Assembly (NCBI RefSeq): GCF_009914755.1
Contig: NC_060926.1
Strand: one strand, 5' to 3'
Length of the DNA: 64,000 nucleotides
Origin: the human T2T-CHM13v2.0 reference genome, Homo sapiens
This document shows positions 55,063-64,000 of the stretch, one piece after another (position 1 is the first letter of the stretch; each line of letters starts with the position of its first letter). The notes under the pieces were generated by a model. It was not told where the DNA came from. It did no database searches and saw nothing but the letters and a program-made list of their open reading frames with translations. The position numbers and the translations under genes were made by a program.

Positions 55063-57369
55063 TCTTGGTATGTTTCAAACCAGGGTCATCTCTACCTCCT
55101 ACGTTTCCCCTCGTATAGTTCTGCTTTCCAGTTAATGGTGTCTTAGGTCACCAATGGGTCCCTCTGAGTCCTCTTTTCCATTCCCACTGCCCCGCCTTCC
55201 ATAGTTCAGGACCTTACCACTCCCCTCATCCACAGGCAGTGGTCTCCTACTGACCTGAATTCACCTTCTCACACCCTGTCCCTTCTCCGTACTGCAGCTG
55301 GAACTGGTCTTTCCAGATGCACCTGAGTAGTATCCATCTCAGCCTTGCTTAAAATTGTGTAAGGGCTCCCCATGGCTGCTTGAAGGAGTGACACAACCTT
55401 CACAGTCGGGCAGCCCCTCTCCAACCAGCCACGCTCCAAGCCCAGCGCTGGCTGCTCAGTCTTTCCGGAACCTGCCGCGCATGCTTGTGTTTCTTTCCTT
55501 CCTCATGCTGCCGCCTGGGCTGCCCAGGCCTTCACACCCCCCATGGCTGTAACTTCTTACTCTTTCTCCAAGGCCTAGTGCCGATATCACCCTCTCAGAA
55601 GCTCCCCCTCCAACACCGCAGCACAAATAAATGCTCCTTCATGGCCATCCTATCCTTCCCTGGTTTGTGTGTCGCTTTTGCAACACTTCCTGTCTCTATA
55701 CTTGTTCCAGGGCTTGCCAGGTAGCCTTCCTGGGATATAATACGTGCCCTGCAAATGCTTCTAGGAGCTCCTCTGCTGCTGCCCTCAGAGAGTAATCTTC
55801 ACCCTAGTATAATTAGTCTTCTTAAATTACAGCCCCAACACTTTGCCTCCTCCTCAAAAACTGTAGGTGGCTGCCTATTCAATAAAGACACAACTCCTTG
55901 GCATGGCATCAGTGACCTCCACCTATGTCCTTGGGCTGAAGGAGGCTTGAGTAATGGCCAAACAGTGGAAGTCTCCCAAAAAGTCAGGTGAGTTAGGGCT
56001 TTGCCTGCTTCTGTGCTGCTTCCAGCCCTCCCATCTCTTCCCTGCACCTGTTATTCTCCAGCAGGGCATCATCCTTGGTTTATGAATTTCTGCTCACATA
56101 TTTATCTTCCTAATAGTCTGTTTCTCTTAGACAGAGTCTATTCTTCCCTTCCTTTATTCTGCCATTAAGTCTCCACATCAAGTCCCATGAATGCCCATGA
56201 GGTCATATTTATTCCTGGCTATTAAAATGACAAATTCACTTTCGTTATTATGTACTGCCTAGCCAATGGCACCCAGACTCCTGAGGTCAGCAGTGCCGTT
56301 TCTTACCTCCTTAGCCTGTACCGTACTGTGCAGCATGCCTGCCATGTTCCTTTCTCTCTTCTACTCCATACTCTCCATAGTAACTGATTTTCCCATTTTA
56401 TCTGAGCATGTCTTGCCCTACTCTTTAATTCTTACAGATGGAATCCTAACATGCTGAAAATGGAAGTCTTTTTTTCTTTTCTTTTGTTCTTTAATGAGAT
56501 ATTTTAAGTACTGGAAAAGTGCTGGAAGTCCTTTTCAAAACAAGGTATTCTGAGTAATTAAATTTGAGTGATCTGATTGAGAGATGAGATTATAAAACTT
56601 GTTTGGACTTTCCTTTAGTCATGGATGGCATTTTAAAGTATAAAGAACAAACTATCTCAGGGGAAAGGAGAATTAGGATTTTAAAATTTTAAGTAAAGGT
56701 AAAATAATGCTTACAGAACCAATAATGAATCTTTCCAAATTAACAGGATAGTTTGACTCCATTTAAAGAACTTAAATATCAACCAGGTCTTCACATTTTG
56801 TTCCCTTCATAGGAATTTTATGCACATTATCCAAAATGGGTATCGGAAAGAAAAGGCTGGGATAAGCCTGAACTTGGATGTAACACAGAGGACTTAACAG
56901 ATTTCTAATTCTCTTTTGTGTCTTTTTTCTTGGAAAAATAAAGGCAGAATCAGCCAGTGCTAAATTTTGCTTCTAGAGCAAATGATGAAATACACATGTC
57001 AAGGCCCCCTTTCAGTTTTCCGCTGGCCCCTCGCCCCACTCCCCTGCGTGTTTGCAGTGCACAGAAGGCTCCGTGCAGCCTTCCCCACTGCATTTTCTTC
57101 CCTGATCTGCAAAAAGCATTTATTAATCTTACTGGAGAATTATTTTTCTGTTTTGCTTCACACATAATAGAATATCTAGTGCAGTATTAATAAATGCTGG
57201 GTACCTTTTTATGACATTAATTCTTCAAACTTTTAAGGCTTCTTTTTCTCAAGGGTTTCCAGCTACCTTACCAGCATTTAAAAATATCCCAAACAAGACC
57301 CCAAACCCAGAAGCTGTGAAGGAACAGAACAGCAGGTTTATCTACAAAAGAATGTAAAGTGTTGACATA

Positions 57370-58230
57370 GCAAAAAATGTAACTTTAATAAAGTTAAAAG
57401 ATAAAGGGAAGAATGGGAGAAAATATTTGTAAGATAACAAAGTATTAATATTCCTAATATATAAAGATATTAAAAGTTTTATATAAAGAGCTCATACAAA
57501 TCAGTAACAAAGTTATCAAGTTAATAAGGAAAATAGCAAAGGGGCTAAACAGGCAATTCACAGAAGAAATACAGAATAAATACTGTCAAGTAATTGCAAA
57601 GGATGAACAAAATACAAATGTTCCCCTATAGTTGGGTAAAAACTGAAAAGATTGTTTATATACAATGTTGGTAAGGGTAAGGGGGAAAGCAGGTACTTTA
57701 ATGTGAGAGAATAGGTACAACCTTTTAGAAGGGCAATTTGACAAAAGTTATCAAAATTGTACACGTGTATATGTTTTTACTTTACAATTTTACTCCTTGG
57801 TGTCTATGCTACAGAAATAACTATACAAGAAAACAAGAGCATATTTACAAGGACATCTATTTGCTATATTAAGTGTAAACAATTGAAGAAAACTTCAGTG
57901 TCCACAAGGGAACTTTTAAAATACATTATGATACATCTGCACAATGGAATTCTCTACTGTGCATTTGAGCATGGGCTAGATCTTCTCCAAGATACATGTG
58001 AACTAACAGCAAGTCACAAAGCTATTGATATAGGTAGTATGTTCCAATTTTTTGTTTTAAAATTTTCAAATCATATAGGGGGTGTGTGTGTGTGTGTGTG
58101 TGACGTTTTGGAAGGTTACTCACCATAATGTGACTATCCCTGGAAAGTAGAGATAAAGAAGCAACTCCCTTTTTTAGCTTTATACTCTTCAATGTTGTTT
58201 AAAATTTTTACAGTGACAAAAATTGTTTAA
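57370..58230 (+). mobile_element. L1ME ORF2/3' fragments
   Basis: gaatgggagaaaatatttg, aacaggcaattcacagaaga, gaagggcaatttgaca. Confidence 0.7.
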
Positions 58231-58234
58231 CATT

Positions 58235-58510
58235 TTTGGTTTTGTTCTTGAGACAGTGACTCACTCTGTTGCCAAGTCTGGAATGCATTAGCATGAACAC
58301 AGCTTACTACAGCCTCAACCTCCCCAACTCAAGCAATCCTCCTGCCTCAGCCTCCTGAGTAGCTGGGACCACATGTGCATGCCACCATGCCTGGCTGATT
58401 TCTACCTTTTTTTTTTTTGGGTAGAGACAGGCTCTCACCATGTTGCCCGAGCTGGTCTGCAACCCTCCCAAAGTGCTGAGATTACAGGCATGAGCCACAG
58501 TGCTCAGCCT
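58235..58510 (-). mobile_element. AluJ with internal deletion
   Basis: Antisense; about 30 nt missing between ctggtct and cctcccaaagtg. Confidence 0.88.
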
Positions 58511-59354
58511 GTTTTTTAATTTTTTCATGCAAACAGTTGAAGAAAAATAAAATCCAAAGACATCCTTAACTATATTCCTGTCGTCGTAAGTACCAACTCA
58601 CTAAGTCTTAAGGATCCCTAAAATATCACAGTTACCTTAAAATCTCAAGTTCGCTTTGTGGCCCCTCTCTTGGGGTAGAAATTCCTTCACTGGAATAGAC
58701 ATGATTTTACATTTGAGGCTATGAATTTCATTTCTGACCCTCATCCCAATTACTCCATCTTACTCATTTCCAGGCAATTATTCCCATGGACATAAATCTG
58801 ACCTTTGGTGACAGTCACCCAGGATAACGCACTATACACTCATTGGTGCAGTGGGCTGGCAGTGCCCAGGATGAGGAGTAACATGGAGTGAGTTAAAGAA
58901 AGCCTGCCAGACACCACATGCCACCAACTGCTGTGAATGGTGTTCACACACCTCAACAGCCAGGGCCACCACTGCTTGACCATTTGCACTGAGGCCCAGG
59001 AAGCTGAAGTATTTGGAAAAAGTATTAGCTACACACCAGGGCTTCTCCCAGCTGGGCACTGTTAGCACAAGAAATTAGTCTTGGTTTTCCTGGAGGGCAA
59101 AGGCACTACCTTCCAGGATCACTGTGAAGTTCACACAAGAGTTTGCATGCCAGGATTTTGTGAATGACCTAGTGTCCTTCTGAAGAACAGTCTTTACTTC
59201 TCACCTTAGCAGTCCGTTTTCCTGACTTCGGTTCTCTCGGCCAAGTCTCAAAGGAGAGGCTAGCACTCTTGGGCTTACAGAAGCTATTCATCAGCCCTTG
59301 TGGACTGTTTATTCCCTTACAAAGGGAATTTACGGCTCGTGTCTGCATACTCTC

Positions 59355-59776
59355 CATGGTGTGCTGATAAACGTTGAACCCACGCTCCCTGAAAAACAAC
59401 AGCCTGATTCGTAATATTGACCAATTTCCGTCGTGTAGCTACAACTCCCATGGCTGATGTCAAGCTACCAACAAAACTTAACTGAATATCAATTGGGAAG
59501 AGATGTGTACAGTGTATAGCACCATTATATAGTATTTCTACCTCAAGAGAAGAGGCAATAATCAAGGGCAGTAAAATGATTAGGAAATAACTTGTGAATA
59601 TTTATGACATTTATTTTTAACATAATTTTATTTATATAATTTATATAGTTTATATAGTTTACATACATTTATATAATTTAACTTCTAATGATAGATTTTC
59701 AGGAATTCTCAGCTGGTTGTAAAACCTAACAATTGGCTCTTGCAAGCCAATACAAGTCGGCTCCAGCACACCCCTG
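59355..59776. mobile_element. MER63-like hAT-Blackjack element
   Basis: Terminal inverted repeats catggtgtgctg...cagcacacccctg. Confidence 0.7.
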
Positions 59777-61559
59777 AGATTGCTACACTGCAAGATACTA
59801 CAGACACTATTTTTCCCAGGAAAATCACAGTCATTATTTCCTTAATGAAAATCCAGCTCTCTCTGTGTTTTCAGCAGTCCATAGGTATGTTTGTGTGGCA
59901 ACAGTAGGTGTCTGTATTCACAGCTCCTTGGGCTTGGCGTCGGGGCTGGAGAGTGTGTAGATGAGGAAAGGCACAGATGTTGGAGTCAAATAGACCAGTG
60001 ACTGCTCTGTGTCAAGGTGTAATTTCATTAACCTTTAAGCCTTCATTTAATAATATTTATTAGCTGTGGGATTGTTGTAAAAAGAAAAAGATAAAGCTGG
60101 TAGCGAATACACTTAAAAATAGAGCACGTGTGAAGTATAAGGGTTGACATACGTGAAACACCCAGCCCAGAACAGGAGCTTAGTACATGTGAGTGCTTCT
60201 CTTTAACGTGTGCCCATAGATTCCCCCGTTAATTGGTGGGAGCTATTTAGAGAGCCCTGCAGAGCCGGGAGCATCAGGACACAGCAGGCTGAACCTAGTT
60301 CTCCTTTCCTTTTTACCAGATTTGGGAATCCAGCTGGGAAAAACATTGACTTTATCATCCTGTTACCTGGGAACAGTCAGTAGTTTAACCTTCTTAATTA
60401 GAGTTGCCATTGTGGGGCAGAAGGTGAACAAAACTGACCTGGGTTTGTGGTGATAATATTCCCCTGGGTTACCAACGCAGGATAACCAGTGCTAGTCTTT
60501 CCTGCGAAAAATCCCAGCCTCACACGGCTTTGCAGCCTCCGGAGCTTATCCAGGTGCAGGCCTGCACCTAAGCTCAACCAACAGGAGTTTAAAATAACAT
60601 TTTTAAACAGGAAGTCTATTGCAGCAACTTAAATTCTTCCCTAATTAATTGGCCAAATCATATGTTTTATATATGTTAATGCATTTTTTTTAGAACATCA
60701 AAATTTTGTTTTGAAAGATATTTGGGAAAATATGCATGTGAAATTACCAAAATATTGTCTAGAAAGGAAGAAACAGAAATGCCCAGCTTTCTCAGGAAAC
60801 AGAGCATATTATAATTAACAATAAAATGCAGAGGTACCGGTTCTAACAAAAATAACTAAAGCATATATAACAATTCACAAAACCATACAGAAAAAGAAGT
60901 ATTCAACCAAAGGAGAAAACTGGAATGTTGTCCCCTCTACTCTGTTTAAATCAAACTCCCTTTTCAAGTCCCAGCTCGGTTCCCAAAAGCTCAAATAAGC
61001 CTCTTTGGACCCGCATGTCCTGAATTCTTACAGCTGTAGACCTTGTTATCTCTACTCCTAAGTTTGTGCTTTCGTGATGAAAGTACTGTACTACTGTCCT
61101 TTGCAGGGATTTAAAATGTCTTATTTTCACATCTTTGGTTTTTGAGGGCAGAGAACATGAACTGTAAACCTCATGTGACAGGCACGCAAGCCTCTACTTA
61201 AGCTTCACACGCAGCAGGCACCCAAACCTGTGAATGAATAATAAACCAACGAAGAAACAAATGAACGAAGCAATAAATGAATGATATTAGATATCAGCAA
61301 AAAGTAGCTTCTAGGGCTCCAGTTTCCTAGCCTGGCTTCATACAAGGAAATTACACTGATTCAACTTCAAAACAAGGCTTTTGCTATAAATGTGGTTTAT
61401 TGGCCTGATCCGCTGTGACTGACATCTCTGGAAAGTGACCTGGCTGCCCCTAACAATGCCTCCTCATCCATGTGGATCATAAAACAGGCAAAAAAGGACG
61501 TCTGGGAAGCATTTCACATTTTATCCTTTGGCTTCTATTTTTTCTCCAGTTCTCACTCT

Positions 61560-61732
61560 TCTAGTGTTTCATAATGTGTGGTTATTAGATCACCTCATCA
61601 GATCACCTGTGGCCCTAGTTCATATGCAGATTCCTGGGCCATACTTGCAGGCTTTTGAATCAGATTCTTGGGGATGAGGTGAGATCTGCATCTCCTAGGT
61701 GATTCTTAAGTAGTCTAAGTTTCGAGAATCCC
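61560..61732. mobile_element. MER5-type element
   Basis: atgcagattcctgggcc...gaatcaga...ggtgattct...aagtttcgagaa. Confidence 0.65.
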
Positions 61733-61754
61733 TTATTTAGGAGGGCAAAGAAAG

Positions 61755-62360
61755 TCCAGGCATGGTGGCTCATGCCTGTAATCCCAGCACTTTGGGAGGC
61801 CAAGGCGGGATTCCTTGAGCCCAGGAGTTTGAGACCAGCCTGGGCAACATAGGGAGACCCTGTCTCTACAAAAATTCAAAAAATTAAGTTGGCCAGGCAT
61901 GGTGACTCATGCCTATAATCCCAGCACTTTGGAGGCCAAGGTGGGTGGGTCACCTGAGGTCAGGAGTTTGAGACCAGCCTGACCAACATAGTGAAACCCC
62001 ATCTCCACTTAAAAAAAAAAAAGGAAGCCGAGCATGGTGGCATGTGCCTGTAATCCCAGCTACTCAGGAGCCTGAGGCAAGAGACTCGCTTGAACCCAGG
62101 AGGTGGAGGTTACAGTGAGCCGAGATAGCACCATTGCACCCCAGCCTGGGTGACAAGAGTGAAAGTCCTTCTAAAAAAAAAAAAAAAAATTAGCTTGGTG
62201 TGGTGTTGTGCACCTCTAGTCCCAGCTACTCAGGAGGCTGAGGTGGGAGGATCGCTTGAGCCTGGAAGGTTGAGGCTGCAGTGGAGCCAAGATCACTCCA
62301 CTGCCCTCCAGCTTAGGCAGCAGAGCAAGACCCCATCTCAAAAAAATAAAATAAAAAAGA
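61755..62360 (+). mobile_element. AluJ split by an AluS inserted in its central A-rich linker (61891-62184)
   Basis: Left arm, a complete second Alu, then the right arm; flanks aaaaattaagtt / aaaaattagctt. Confidence 0.9.
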
Positions 62361-63589
62361 AGGAAGGAAAATAAATGTGTTCTGTGCCTCCTATATGCTC
62401 AGTGCTTGTATTTATGATACCTCCTTTGACGTTTACAATACCACTAAATGTATACTTTATTATTCTCTTTCACTGATGACTCTTAGACACTAATGTATTG
62501 ATGAGACAAATTGCCAAAGGCTCTTCAGTGAGTTAGTACAAGCCTGGATTCCAAAGCAAATACATCTGACCGCCTCCCCATGCCGCATCCCCCAACCCCC
62601 CTGCACTGCCTCAGTTCTTCCCATGACATCACACTGCCTTCTCCCACCTGGAATGTCTTCTCATTTGCATGTATTCAAGGTTCCAGGTTCCAGCTGATTG
62701 ATAACTTTCTATATTGACCCAAAGTGACCTCTGAGATGCTACTCCACAGTTCATTTGGCACAAGAGTTAAAACACTCAAAAAGCTCCTGGGAATTCCTTA
62801 TCTACCTGTCGACATTACAGGGAGACCTTGTGCTGATACGCTCTCCCCTAACTGCAGGGCCACATGAGCCAGGGCTATGTGTCCTCCACACCTAGTTCCC
62901 ACACTTGCCTCTGACATACACAATGTGTGCACGCACACACATGCCCACACAGACATACACATACGCATGATTACACCCATGCCTTACCAAGCATTCTGTA
63001 CAGACACGTGCTACCATGGGAACATGGGCACAAAAGACGTAGTTGGTTTTCCTCTTTCCTCTACAGATATTTTCAAAACAGTGTTTCTGTGGCGATATCT
63101 TTTTTAGTCTTCTTGTTTCCTTGACTACGGGTTAAGAATGCCGAAACGCCTTGGGTGCCTTTTAGGAGGTCTTTCTCCACTGGGTTTTGTGGCTGAATGA
63201 CTGTATTCCTATTTCTGAGTCAAAGTCTATTGTATTAATTATATCATTCATCTCTTTGCAGTGAAGTCTCAGAATATGCTTGCAAAAAACATCTCTCTGC
63301 CCAGGAATTTGAGATCACATTTCCCTCTTTCCTGCATCAAGCTCAAGCTGCTCTCCTGCTTTCAAGGCCTGGTCCTGCCCCACCGTTCTCTGCCCAAACC
63401 TTCCCTTGCCTTCTCTGTTCCAGACCAATGTGATATGATATTACCAACCTCTATGCCTTTGTTCATGCTGGTTCTAATCTGAGGTTCTACTCCAATTCCT
63501 AACTGACCCCCAAATGATGTTGAGCGAGTTGTTACAACTCTCTAGGCCTGTTTCTTTACTTACCATAAAAAGGCTCCACAAATCAAAGG

Positions 63590-63830
63590 CTACCATTTAC
63601 TAAGGCTTACTTTGTACATTGCCCTAAGTAGTTTACCTATGTTTTCTCACGTTTTCTTAATACCCCTTACAGGGAACGTTACTGTTCCCATTTTCCAGAT
63701 AAGGAAACTGAGACTGAGAGATGAAATAAACTGTCCAAAGGTATACAGCTAGCGAGGAACAAAGAAACGATTAGAACCTGGCTTTGCCTAATTTCAAACC
63801 CCATCCTTTCAACTACTTGCTATGCTGTTC
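63590..63830 (-). mobile_element. MIR
   Basis: cccattttccagataaggaaactgagactgagagatgaaataa. Confidence 0.78.
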
Positions 63831-64000
63831 TTCAAAGACCTTTCCAATCCTGAAATCTATGATTTTATGAGCCTATTCAGCCTTCCTCATCCTTTCACTC
63901 CTGTGCCATCTGCCCTTTTGAGGCTTGAATGACTTTTCCATCATGGGCACATTTCAGAACTCCATCTGATTTAACGCTTGATTGTAAACCATCAGACTTT

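Noticed and set aside
53420-56457. Several 60-144-aa ORFs in a GC-richer block
   Set aside because: No coherent exon chain or homology; partly MLT1/MIR/L2-derived. Higher GC explains the ORF lengths.

Overview
Primate (human-like) genomic DNA: Alu-, L1- and MaLR-rich and CpG-depleted apart from one island at about 14.65-15.15 kb. It holds one complete protein-coding gene on the + strand, recognised as C2orf73/CIMIP6 (2p16.2). Five coding exons (15149-15174, 18990-19197, 25916-26069, 41154-41269, 42398-42757) join in frame through GT-AG introns to give 287 aa. The CpG-island promoter carries an RFX X-box and NRF1, MYB and KLF/SP motifs, typical of ciliary/sperm genes. The rest is mostly interspersed repeats: a full-length THE1D, solo LTRs, about 18 Alus or Alu monomers, old L1/L2/CR1/MIR and DNA-transposon relics. 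I see no new multi-gene system. The most unusual items are: two LTR-derived pieces that look retrotransposed by L1 machinery (A tail plus long TSD); a 48-bp templated copy carrying a forkhead motif inserted into a MER5 in intron 1; an abruptly cut Alu in intron 2 that looks like a deletion breakpoint; an Mn-like microtubule-binding motif in exon 3; an AATAAA overlapping the stop codon; and inverted Alus flanking exon 4. Repeat subfamily names come from remembered consensus features, not a RepeatMasker run, and repeat boundaries are approximate.
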